From: Nemertoderma westbladi
Lineage: Eukaryota > Animalia > Xenacoelomorpha
NCBI GenBank assembly: GCA_032718475.1
Contig: JAUCBJ010003185.1
Span: 1-38,261, forward strand
Length of the DNA stretch: 38,261 bases
Direction: 5' to 3'
Position numbers and translations under genes: made by a program. Numbering within the stretch: position 1 is the first letter of the stretch; each line of letters opens with the position of its first letter. Below the pieces are notes generated by a model that was given only the letters and a program-made list of their open reading frames with translations, made no database searches and had not been told where the DNA came from. This document shows, piece after piece, positions 11,554 through 22,224 of the stretch.

Positions 11554-13193
11554 CTACTACTACTACTACTACTAGGATCGGCATGCTGCATTGCAGCTGC
11601 ATTTTTAAGAATGCTGTGCCGGCTTGTCGACAAAATTGCGCCGCCACAACTCCCTATCACCCATGACATTTGCTAGATCATGCGCATCTTCAAGGCCAGT
11701 GTCCTTTAAGATGCGTCTCAAGAAAGTCATGGGCTGTCCACCATGCTTATTTACTCCAAGAGGCTGCCAAAGTACAAGATCATGCACTGGCTGGTCCTCA
11801 CGGCGAAAGCAATGTCCTGCGAAGCGAAGGCGATTTTGTTCTAGTGTCAAGCTTGGGGGAACCAATGAGACACCTCCAATATTATATAGTGTCTGGTTGG
11901 AGATGTGTGCATTGTACAGTACTTGACACAATGAACCCGGCGTTCTTGTGAATGTGCCATCCAGAGATTTGGTGTCCTCAGCAGTTAGAGCCCAGCATGG
12001 GCTCCCGTAGAGGAGTACTGGAACTACTGCTGCTCTGAATAATCGGACCTTAAGTTTCCGATTAATTCTCGGTGACTTCAAAATCCTGGAAAGCCTATTC
12101 AAGGCTGCCCATGCCTTTCCCTTACGTATTCGAAGGTCCTCACCTGACTTCCGGATCCATGATCCCAGGTAACAGAAGTCATCCACATGCTCAAGCATAC
12201 CATCTTTTGAGCTTATGCTCATCCGATCAGAGACTTGCTGAGGACTTTCAAAGTTAACTGTCAAAATTGTGGTCTTTCTGGAGTTAATAAAAAGACCAAC
12301 ACTAGAAGCCGCATGTTCTAATGAGCTGAGGAGCCGTTGGGCTCCCTCTAGTGATTCTGAAAGTACTTCTAAGTCATCAGCAAAGTCTAGATCAGTTAGG
12401 TACTTGGCAGGATTTCCTCGACTTCTGGAGCCAGTAGGTGGAGTTATCATCACCCCATCATCATTATGATGATCTAAGGACATGCGTAGAACATAGTCAA
12501 CCACAATTAAGAACAAGAATGGTGCATGTGTGTCTCCCTGGAGGACGCCCCATAACACTTCAAATGGTTCTGTGTCACCGTCAACAGTAGACTAGACACA
12601 AATGTTGTCGAACCATCGTATACTGATCTGATTGCTGCATAAATTTCATCAGGAATCCCATATAATGAAAGTATGCTGAACATGCGTGAGCGAGAGACTT
12701 AATCAAAGGCCTTGAAGAAGTCAACAAAGCTAACAGCCAGATGCCTGTCTTTCTTTTTTGATAACTCTCCAATTATACGTCTAAGTGCCACAATGGGCTC
12801 CATGGTCCCACGACCTTTACGGAACCCATTCTGATTTCAACGGAGCAGTCTCTCAATGGGATCCATGATGCGATTTAATAAAATTCTATTGTATAGCTTT
12901 GCAGCAATCGAGATCAATGAGATTCCCCGAAAAGAACCATAGAGTGTTAGGTTGCCCTTCTTTGGAACTGGCACCAACTTATTTGTTTTCATTTCTTGTG
13001 GGATTCTTGTTGTTCGGTACATGTCTACTATGATGGGATAGATGAGCTTTAAACACTCAGGTATTTTAAAGACCTCAGGGGGAACACCATCTACTCCACT
13101 GGCACGATTGGTCTTAATGCTCTTTGCAGCAGCCTTCACTTCTGCAAAGGAGATATCGCCAATGGGAATATCTGGGAGTACAGACTCAGACAC
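11554..13193 (-). mobile_element. 5'-truncated RTE-like non-LTR retrotransposon; reverse transcriptase pseudogene with (TAG)n tail
   Basis: RT motifs ISLISIAAKLYNRILLNRI, NQNGFRKGR, FVDFFKAFD, GVLQGD, DLDFADD, FCYLGS. In-frame stops near 12837 and 12700 and a 5-bp frameshift near 12590. (TAG)n tail at 11554-11574. Confidence 0.93.
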
Positions 13194-13399
13194 TTTTACT
13201 TCTATAAAAACTAAATTCTAAATAAGGCGCAACTTCAGATAAATTACAACACAAATTAATTCAAGATTTTCAATGTCAAATTTTATTCATAACTGTCAAA
13301 ATGTTGGTCTTCATAGAGTTAGGGGGGGGGGGGGGGGGGGGGGTGGGGGGTAACCCTCCAGCCTCCTCGGAAAAAATCCACAAACTTATTTGTTATTAT

Positions 13400-13600
13400 A
13401 TCTAGAGCAGGGGGATTTGAAATCTGAAAACCGTGAAGAGAGATCTCTTTTAGTTCTCGAGTTATCGTCTGGCAGTCGGTCTGTCAAAATGTAAGACAGA
13501 CAACCGACCGACGGACAGACTAGATTCCACCAGATATTAAAACTGATATCGGAAATGAAATCAGCGACCCCGGAAAACCCCGAAAATATAATTTTTGCTC
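13400..13600. mobile_element. Possible Helentron/DINE-like or other non-autonomous DNA element relic
   Basis: (GACA/GACC/GACG)n microsatellite at 13494-13521 following AGTTCTCGAGTTATCG, then ATCAGCGACCCCGGAAAACCCC. Termini not found. Confidence 0.35.
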
Positions 13601-14048
13601 GGTGGTGTGCTTCCTTCCTGTCAGAAACTATTAAACAACCAGACCTCATACAGGCAATTTTGCGCGGGAAAGCTTGAATTTTGAATGTAATTATCTCTGA
13701 ATGAAAAATACTACTTCTCCGCCATTTTTTACAGTTTTTTGCAATTTTTTATTTATATAAAAGGTAATTTCATAAGCTTCAATAAAGATCGACCAGATTT
13801 CTTGATTTCAAATTATTTCCTCATTTTGTAATGAAAATTATGAAAAAACGTAGGCGAAAAGAAAACAATTTTTTTTACAAAATTGCCTATTTATCAGAAA
13901 TAGAAAATGAAAAATTATCTTGAGATTCTGAGAGTAATGTAACTGTACTCCCTTAGTAGGTGGTAGGCCATACAATATAAATGTAAGTCTAGGAGGTTGA
14001 AGTCAGAAGATGTACCTCGACAGGGATCAGACAGTTTTTAGATACACT

Positions 14049-14426
14049 CTACTACTACTACTAGTATCGGCATGCTGCATTGCAGCTGCATTTTTAAGAA
14101 TGCTATGCCGGCTTGTCGACAAAATTGCGCCGCCACAACTCCCTATCACCCATGACATTTGCTAGATCATCCGTATCTTCAAGGCCAGTGACCTTTAAGA
14201 TGCGTCTCAAGAAAGTCATGGGTTGTCCACCATGCTTATTCACTCCATGAGGCTGCCAAAGTACAAGATTATGCACTGGCTGGTCCTCACGGCGAAAGCA
14301 ATGTCCTGCAAAGCGGAGGCGATTTTGTTCTAGAGTCAAGCTCGGGGAAACCAATGAGACACCTCCAATGTTATATAGTGTCTGGTTGGAGATGTGTGCT
14401 GTGCATTGTACTTGACACAATGAACA
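14049..14426 (-). mobile_element. Short 3' fragment of the same RTE-like LINE with (TAG)n tail
   Basis: Highly similar to 11560-11937. A possible short target duplication ACACTC is present on both sides. Confidence 0.93.
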
Positions 14427-14768
14427 CTCAAACACTCAAACATAACATACTGTAGTCCTACCTACAATCTGTTTTAGCTACAGTATCAATGGCGGGAAAT
14501 TGAAACATGACGTGTGTGCGACGTGCGTGTGGATTATCAATTATACCCTGTTATAGGCAATAGGCTGATAGGCCTCCTTGAGGGGAGGCCACCTTGGCCG
14601 AGGCCTATTACAGTATTACGTCCTTTAAAGCTTTTTTCAGAATCTTAAAAACATTTTTTTGATAATCCGACCTTATCAAGTATGCACCATGTACCCATTC
14701 TATGAAACTAATTACTTAATTTTTATTTTCAAATAATTAATTACCTTTTTTTAATTAATATTCATCAG

Positions 14769-16300
14769 TGTCCCAAATTACCCCAGCATGGGGTAATTTG
14801 GGACAGTTGGGGGAATTTGGGACATAACATAAATCGAACAGTAGTAGCCCATTGTAATTGACACAAACTTTGTTGAGAAATTGTACAATGCATCAATAAG
14901 ACCAAAAGTTGGGATTTTAGAGACTGTTCGACACCATCAGTACAACAGTCTCCCGCTAGAGGGCTACATGTCAAACATTAGTAAATGTCCTCCCATCTGC
15001 CATCTCTCTGCATTTAATCCGACCAAAAGACAATGCTGAAACTTGTCATACTTGTATTAGACCGACCATTAGCTCATAGCTGTCATGTGTCATTCAAAGG
15101 GGGCTAATCTGCATGCAGTTCTTTAGTCTGCCGCTAGAGGGCCGAATATCTGAAAGTGAAATCCTTGGCTCATTCCGTTAATTATGATCCGTTCAAGCTG
15201 AAACTTGTCAAAAATATGTTGTATGTCTGTCTGTCTTTATGCCAGTATGTGCTCAGCCAGAATACATCCTGCATCAATGTGCTGCTGATGCTGTGACTTG
15301 GAGGGGTCGGTAAGTGGTCTGCATTTCTTCAGTCTACCACTAGAGGGCAAAATGTATGAAAGTGATCCTTCCACTTCCCCTGTACCCATTGTACCGTACC
15401 ATTTACTTGATCTTAATCTGTTTAAGTTGAGTCTTGGAATATAGTACCAGATCACGACTACATGATGTTTTACATGATTTACATGATTTTTGAGGAAGGT
15501 GATTCATCTGCAGTTCTCCAGTCTGCTCCTAGAGGGCGAAATGTCTGAAAGTGAAAACCTTCTCCCATTTCCGTGATTCTAATTCGATTACCTTAGGCTA
15601 TTCGATAGGCCCTACTATACCACATGTTGAATCTTTGGGAAGAAGGTTATCGGTCATCTGTTCTCCAGTCTGCCGCTAGAGGGCAAAAATGTCTGATAGT
15701 GACATCCTTGACTCATTCCATTATTTATGATCCGTCCTAGCTGAAACTTGTCAAATATGTTATCTGTCTGTCCACTGTCTGTATGTATCAGTATGTGCTC
15801 TCTTTAGGATACATCCTGCGTCAGTAGTGTGTCTTGCAGTCTTGGTGGGGTCGGTAATTGGTCTGCAGTTCTGTTCTCCAGTCTGCTCCTAGAGGGTAAA
15901 ATGTATGAAAGTGATGTTCCGCTTACCCATGTCTCCATTTTCTTCATCTTATTAATCAGTTTAAGTTGAGTCTTGGAATATAAGTACCTGACCACGACTA
16001 CATGCTGTGTCTTTTTGAGGAAGGTGATTAATCTGCTGCTGCTGCAGTTCTCCAGTCTGCTGCTAGAGGGCGAAATAACTGAAAGCGAACACCTTACACT
16101 TGCGACTTACCTGTGACGGCTAGTCTACCCGACAGCCCTACAGCATTTAAAAGAGCTAGAGAAAGTATGAAGCTAAGTGTAGGCCTATAATTTAAACAAC
16201 CCACCAAACCCCACTGCACTTACAGTTAAGAAAAGACTTGTCCCAAATTACCCCAGCCTGTCCCAAATTCCCCCATGTCCCAAATTACCCCAGTTTACCC
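14769..16300. mobile_element. Non-autonomous DNA transposon (pogo/Tc1-like) with clusters of a 17-bp subterminal repeat; left terminus not found
   Basis: TGTCCCAAATT(A/C)CCCCA occurs at 14769, in inverted form at 14789 and 14808, and at 16239, 16259 and 16276. The right end is GTTTACCC|TA. Confidence 0.7.
14940..16100 (+). repeat. Diverged tandem array of about 150-210-bp units (ABC-ABC order), each with a CTCF-like motif
   Basis: Cores of the form C(C/T)(A/G/C)CTAGAGGG(C/T) at 14953, 15131, 15337, 15526, 15673, 15886 and 16060; higher-order period about 540 bp. Confidence 0.85.
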
Positions 16301-17013
16301 TACTACAGTACCTATTAGGCCTACTGTATTACCTGATTACAGGATTACTGGACTGCTGGATTAGTTTGTTAGTATTACTTTATTATGTTATTACAGTATT
16401 ACCTGATTACTGTAGGCCTATTAGATTAATCCTGTCGCTGTGACGCTGTCAGCCTGTGGCCTGTAATCATGACTATTACCGCACTGCCGCAGTTGCAGTA
16501 CCGGTAGGCCTACTATCTGACTATTATGCTGTTGGCAGATCAGAACTGGCTGACTGGCACTGCAGCACTGTACTGTAAGTACGTACAGAAGTACAGAAGT
16601 AGAGGTAGGCCTAATAACCGGACTGGGGGCCCTCCAGTACATTTTTTTTGTCGTTTTTTGGTGTTTTTTAGGGGTTTCAAATTTCTTTGAATGTGTTTAA
16701 AAACACACTCGAGTCAAGTCTAGTGAGTAGTCGAGTCTAGTGTCCGCCTGTAGTCTATCTGTCTATACTGCAGTACTGCAATCTGCAGTACAGCAGTATA
16801 TCCAGTCATCCCGCATCCAGGATCAGCTAATCTGCCAATGGCCAATGCTTCGCGTACAGGCAGACAGGCGTCAGCGCCAGTCAGCCCCGCGCCCGCCCTC
16901 AGCCCTTGCCAGCTTGCCCCTAAATGCTGGAATGCTGCAATACTGCAATAGGCTGATCCTGATAGGAGGCTAAGGCTGTCTGACTGCATTCATGTTCAAT
17001 GCCTTACGAGTCC

Positions 17014-17452
17014 CCTATCTGCCTATTGCAAAGTTTTACATGTACGCCGAACAGTCCGAACAAGTTCGGCGCAGGATTTCAACTTGCCAGCTTGTGGCTG
17101 TGTTGCTTGCGCCGGGAGCTGGCGCAGAAAGTGCTGCTTGATGTGGTAGTGGTAGGTCAGTAGGGCTGGCGCAGAGATGTCATGTCCATGCTGCCATGAC
17201 TGCATGAACTGATGAATGTGCTCCGCCGGTGGCCGGGGCGGGCAGCCTGCAGGCCTGCCACAGCCACTGCCAAGTGCCAACGTACTGGCGTAGCATCGGC
17301 AATGATAGAGATGACTGCACTCTGTGCTCGCCGCGATTTTTGAATTGCTCTCGTTGCTTTGCTTTGCACCAATCAGCCAATCCGGCACATAATTTCTATC
17401 ACTTGGCGCCGCTTTCGGCGCCGAAAATAAAACTTTTCAATAGGCAGAAAGG
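17014..17452. mobile_element. GC-rich MITE-like element with 25-bp imperfect inverted ends
   Basis: CCTATCTGCCTATTGCAAAGTTTTA (17014-17038) versus TAAAACTTTTCAATAGGCAGAAAGG (17428-17452), 2 mismatches. Confidence 0.6.
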
Positions 17453-18145
17453 CGGTGGTGATTTCCGGCCATTTAGGCCTAATCCTTTTTTAGTATTTTT
17501 TTCATTTTTTTTTGAAAGCAAGTAGTTTTGTCATTTTTTTCGAAAGAATTTTTTTCATTTTTTTCGAAAGGAATTTTTTCATTTTTTCCAGGAACGACCT
17601 ATTCGTTACTGACAGGGACAGGGACGGGACGTAAACAAAACAATTATGCCTACTACTACCAGACCGGAACACAGCACTGGCACAGTGAAAAGGGCCTAGT
17701 CCCACTGCTGTACTGTACACTACCACATTACCTGATTACTCTGCAGCGCAGCATATGAATAGGAAATGAAACAAAAAGCCTGAAATCTCTACATAAAGAA
17801 TGAAACAGATAGCCTACCGGTACTTTCGAAAAAAAAATGAAAAAAAAACTGTAAAAAAATGAAAAAAATAGGCCTACCGGTACTGTAAAAAAATTAAAAA
17901 AAAATACTTTCAAAAAAATGAAAAAAATCCCTACTCTTGAAAAAAAATGAAAAAATACTCTCAAAAAAATTAAAAAAATACTTACTTTTGAAAAAAATGC
18001 AAAAAATACTTACTTTCGAAAAAAAAAGTACTTAGGCCTACTTTTGAAAAAAAATGAAAAAAATATTTCATATTTACTTTCGAAAAAAAAATGAAAAAAA
18101 TACCGTACTCGATAAAGTAGTAAATAGCCGGAAATCCCCACCGTG
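17453..18145. mobile_element. Foldback-like element: 23-bp TIRs plus inverted arrays of about 25-30-bp A/T-tract repeats
   Basis: CGGTGGTGATTTCCGGCCATTTA (17453-17475) versus TAAATAGCCGGAAATCCCCACCG (18121-18143). The left arm is (TTTTTTCATTTTTTTCGAAAG)n and the right arm is (CTTTCGAAAAAAAATGAAAAAAATA)n. Confidence 0.7.
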
Positions 18146-18587
18146 TGTTTCAAAAGATTTTTAATTGTTCAACTTCAAACCAATATTTCTAAAATACGAT
18201 TTCCTTAGGATTTTGGATACGACTCTAATAATTCATAATATATATAGGCCTACATTTAGTGGAATTTCTTAGATTAGCCTAGTAGATTAGATTAACCTCT
18301 AAGTTACTACATCGGGCATTGTCAAAACTAGCATCTGCTACTGATAGTCTGTTACCCAACTATTTAATATTGAATGGGGAAATTATGTTCCTCTTTGTAT
18401 GGGGTTATTTTGTGTAATATTTATCTTGCTTAGTTAGGGTTAGTCAGGGCAAAGGTTGTTGTCCTGTACCTTCATAATAATTGACTTAGGCTGCTAACAC
18501 CCATGTTGAATAGAATAACTATATATATACAACATACAGTGTAGGCCGAATACTGTAAATCTTGATTGCTGGTCTGAAATTGAAAAT

Positions 18588-21254
18588 ATGTCAGTGGAAT
18601 CGCATCAAGTATTAAGCCTTGACACAACCCAACAAAAGGAATTTATAAACTGGTACAAATCGAAACCGGAATCTCCTGAAACTACTGTTTGGATATTCGA
18701 TCGAAATGATTATTTTTCAACGCATGGGAAAGATGCCTCACTTGCAGCTAAAATTATTTTCAAATCGATATCTGCTGTGAAAGTAATGGGTACTGCACCA
18801 AAAGAGCTCCCATATCTTGTACTAAGCAAAGGCAATTTTGAGGTATTGATTCGTGAATTAATATTGGTATACAATTATAGGGTAGAAATTTATCAATGCA
18901 AGAATGTGAAAGCCAATGAATGGAAAGTTGCATACAAAGCTTCTCCGGGTAACTATTCGGAGTTAGAAGATGTACTATTCAGTGGTCAGGAAATTATTAC
19001 AAGTTGTGGTACACTGGCTTTAAAGATCAGCGGACTCGCCACAATAAAACAATTAATAATCGGGTATTGTGATACCTTGCAGAGAGTTATGTACACCGGA
19101 GAGGTGCTTGAAGGTGATTCCTATGATAATCTCGAAGTTATTCTTATGCAATTGGCCCCCAAGGAGTGTTTGGTTTCTTCAGATACACCTAGCGCTGAAC
19201 TTTGTAGAATTAGAAAAGTTGTGGAGAGATCTGGATGCCTAGTAACCACTGTCAATAAATCAATGTTTGCATCTACTGAAGGCAAAGACATTGAACGATT
19301 TTTAAAGATAAAACCAAGTGCTGGTAACCTAAATTTAGACTATCTCTCTGTCGAATACGAAGCAACGAATTTGGCAACATTGAATGCCGCAATTCGGTAT
19401 ATTAATTTGTCTTCTGATGAATCTGCTTTTGGGCAGTATATTTTGTCTCGTTTGGATTTAAATCGTTATGTCAAGTTAAACTTGGCTGCAGTACGAGCCC
19501 TGAATTTATTTCCTCCTATGGATAGTAGTAGTAATAGTAGCGCCAGCATCTTTGGGATTCTAAACAAATGTCGCACCAGCCAAGGGCAAAGATTGCTGAC
19601 ACAGTGGTTAAAACAGCCGCTGATTGATAAACTAAAGATAGAAGAAAGGTTGAATGTCGTTGAAGTTATTGTAAATAATATAGAGTTACAAGAACAAATC
19701 GGTTCCGCGTTAAAGAGATTTCCAGATTTCTTGAGAATCATTGGGAAACTTCAGCGAAAGAAGTCAACCCTCGAAGAAGTCTATAAGATATATGAAAGCG
19801 TCAAATACTTACCTTCCCTATTAGAAACATTGAGAGCTCCAAATTCTCCCGTATTAAATTCATTATTCACATCGCCCCTGAATGATTTACATCACGATTT
19901 ACTTAAGTTTGTAGGTATGGTGGAAACAACTATGGATCTAGATTTAGTCGACAACAATGAATTCGTTGTGAAATCAAGTTTCGACAGTGAGTTAACCCGC
20001 CTGAGAGAGAATCTCGATGAACTTGAGGCATCGATTAATAAAGTATTCACTCGTGCTGCCGCTGAATTGGGGATGGATAAAGGAAAGACAATAAAACTTG
20101 ATCACTCTCCACAACTCGGCTATTTCTTTAGGATAACTTGTAAGGAAGAGAAAGCGATTAGGAATAGTAAACGTTTTATTATTCTAGAAACTCAGAAAGC
20201 CGGGGTTCGATTCACGAATAACGATTTACGATCTCTCAACGGCGAGTATACGGACATCAGATCGGAGTATTACGAGACTCAAAAGGGAATTGTTAATGAG
20301 ATTATAAGCATTACCATTGGGTACATCGAGCCTTTAATGGTTCTCAACGGGTGCATAGCTCAGTTGGATGTTCTGGAATCCTTCGCTATTACAGCCTCCA
20401 TGGAGGACTACGTTAGGCCCGAGATTCTAGATGACGGCAGTATCATTGAGTTGGAGGACGTTAGACACCCTTGTTTGGCCAACCAAATATCTTATATTCC
20501 AAACGATGCTACCCTTGATAAAAGCAGAGAGAATTTCCTAATAATAACAGGGCCGAACATGGGTGGGAAGTCAACGTACATACGAAGCATTGCTGTTGCT
20601 GTCCTCATGGTCCAAGTGGGAAGTTACGCCCCTGCGCGGCGAGCTAAAGTATCGGTTGTCGATTCGATACTCGGTCGTGTCGGCGCCGCTGATAATCAAC
20701 TCAAAGGTGTCTCTACCTTCATGGCAGAGATGTTGGAGACTTCTTCTATTCTCAGACTAGCAACTGCGAATTCTCTAGTTATTATCGACGAATTGGGACG
20801 GGGAACCTCCACCTATGACGGTTTCGGTCTGGCCTGGTCTATCTCGCGCCATCTAGCGACCGAGGTGGGTTGTTACTGTCTATTCGCGACGCACTTTCAC
20901 GAGCTGACCCGATTGGCTGATGAGGTCGCCAACGTTGGCAACCTACATGTTTCCGCGCTCACAGACAACGGGTCTCTCACTATGCTGTACCGAGTTGAGT
21001 CGGGTGTTTGTGATCGGAGTTTTGGTATCCATGTCGCCGAGATGGTGAAGTTTCCCGCCTCCGTGGTGGAGTTCGCAAAGAAGAAAGCGGCCGAGTTGGA
21101 AGATGTTAAGTGTGAGGACGAGCGGATAATGGAGGAGTTTCTTAATAACGTCGCTGAATTAGATGTAGATAACCTTACTGACGTTGATTTACTCTCCGAG
21201 ATTTCTAAGATAAAGAACAAATATAATATGCAGTCTGGTAACTCAATTATTTAA
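18588..21254 (+). CDS. MSH2: DNA mismatch repair protein MSH2 (MutS homolog 2), single-exon ORF of 888 aa
   Basis: N-terminal FDRNDYFSTHGKDA and KASPGN, LNKCRTSQGQRLLTQWLKQPL, Walker A TGPNMGGKSTYIR, GVSTFMAEMLET, IIDELGRGTSTYDGFGLAW, FATHFHELT, CDRSFGIHVAE. Uninterrupted from ATG to TAA. Confidence 0.97.
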   Translation: MSVESHQVLSLDTTQQKEFINWYKSKPESPETTVWIFDRNDYFSTHGKDASLAAKIIFKSISAVKVMGTAPKELPYLVLSKGNFEVLIRELILVYNYRVEIYQCKNVKANEWKVAYKASPGNYSELEDVLFSGQEIITSCGTLALKISGLATIKQLIIGYCDTLQRVMYTGEVLEGDSYDNLEVILMQLAPKECLVSSDTPSAELCRIRKVVERSGCLVTTVNKSMFASTEGKDIERFLKIKPSAGNLNLDYLSVEYEATNLATLNAAIRYINLSSDESAFGQYILSRLDLNRYVKLNLAAVRALNLFPPMDSSSNSSASIFGILNKCRTSQGQRLLTQWLKQPLIDKLKIEERLNVVEVIVNNIELQEQIGSALKRFPDFLRIIGKLQRKKSTLEEVYKIYESVKYLPSLLETLRAPNSPVLNSLFTSPLNDLHHDLLKFVGMVETTMDLDLVDNNEFVVKSSFDSELTRLRENLDELEASINKVFTRAAAELGMDKGKTIKLDHSPQLGYFFRITCKEEKAIRNSKRFIILETQKAGVRFTNNDLRSLNGEYTDIRSEYYETQKGIVNEIISITIGYIEPLMVLNGCIAQLDVLESFAITASMEDYVRPEILDDGSIIELEDVRHPCLANQISYIPNDATLDKSRENFLIITGPNMGGKSTYIRSIAVAVLMVQVGSYAPARRAKVSVVDSILGRVGAADNQLKGVSTFMAEMLETSSILRLATANSLVIIDELGRGTSTYDGFGLAWSISRHLATEVGCYCLFATHFHELTRLADEVANVGNLHVSALTDNGSLTMLYRVESGVCDRSFGIHVAEMVKFPASVVEFAKKKAAELEDVKCEDERIMEEFLNNVAELDVDNLTDVDLLSEISKIKNKYNMQSGNSII

Positions 21255-21424
21255 TGGTCGCTGGGGTCCATTTGCACAATAACTATATTCAATGCTACTC
21301 AATATCTAGAGTCAGTGGTTAGTCGCATGGTTTAGTGTTCCCTAATTCATAATTTGAATAGACTTGGAACCCTTACTGCGCAATGAGATATAATGCAATG
21401 AGATGCAACGATGTAATGAGATGC

Positions 21425-21430
21425 AATAAA
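21425..21430 (+). promoter_or_regulatory. Candidate polyadenylation signal for MSH2
   Basis: First AATAAA I found after the stop codon, about 170 nt downstream. Confidence 0.4.
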
Positions 21431-22224
21431 AGATAATTCATGATTTTGCTATAGTGCAATATACGTTATGCAGTATATTACTTAGATTACAACAATTTAA
21501 TTATTGTGATAAATTTTTGCCTAATTAACCGGATTTTCGATTTTTCACCCTGTTATTAAAGAAAGTTTTTATTTAGTCCCGAACCCGTCGCTAACAATGT
21601 TTCATATGGCAACCATTACGAATTATCTTGTAACAGTCATAGTAACTGAGCAGGTCCTCTGTCGTATTCGAAAATCATATATTCGATAATTATATATATG
21701 AACATATATATATTTAAACAATTCATGATCTGGAATACTTATTTATTTATTTAAGTAGAGAGCCGAACTCAATGTTGCATATTGAGTTCAGTTTTGAAGT
21801 AGGCGGTCGCCTTGCAGACACTAAAGATGCAGATTCCTGGGTTTGTATCTAATCCAAGCTATTTTATTCTACTTCTACTGTATTTAATAAATACTCTACA
21901 TTCTAGAATATTTTGTTTATGTGTGAAATAGCCACGTAATATTGATATTGTATACATGTACATATACATGTTTTCCTAGTGTTTTCCTAATTTAGAACTA
22001 TCCATCACCAATCACTTGCATTTGGGGCATACTGTGCCATTTCGATTTGGGTGATGGTTTTACTCTGTCAATTGTTTGTTACTTCGGTTGGGTATTGGTT
22101 CCACTTTTCCAGTTGTTAGGTATTTATTTGGTTTTAAGGATCTACTGTGCCATTTGTTAGTCAATTCGGTTGGGTGTTGGATCTACAGTGCCATTTTTAT
22201 CTGGTGTTCATTTTGTTTTTGGGG

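Noticed and set aside
13322-13350. Long G-runs (also 7478-7505 and C-run 8590-8604) as functional G-quadruplexes
   Set aside because: They lie inside transposon relics and homopolymer length is error-prone; there is no independent support.
14769-16300. CRISPR-like repeat/spacer array
   Set aside because: Eukaryotic context, degenerate repeats, long mutually homologous spacers, no cas genes.
19466-21220. Antisense and alternate-frame ORFs within MSH2
   Set aside because: Shadow ORFs of a real coding sequence; no similarity to EAG, and the two eag exons join without them.
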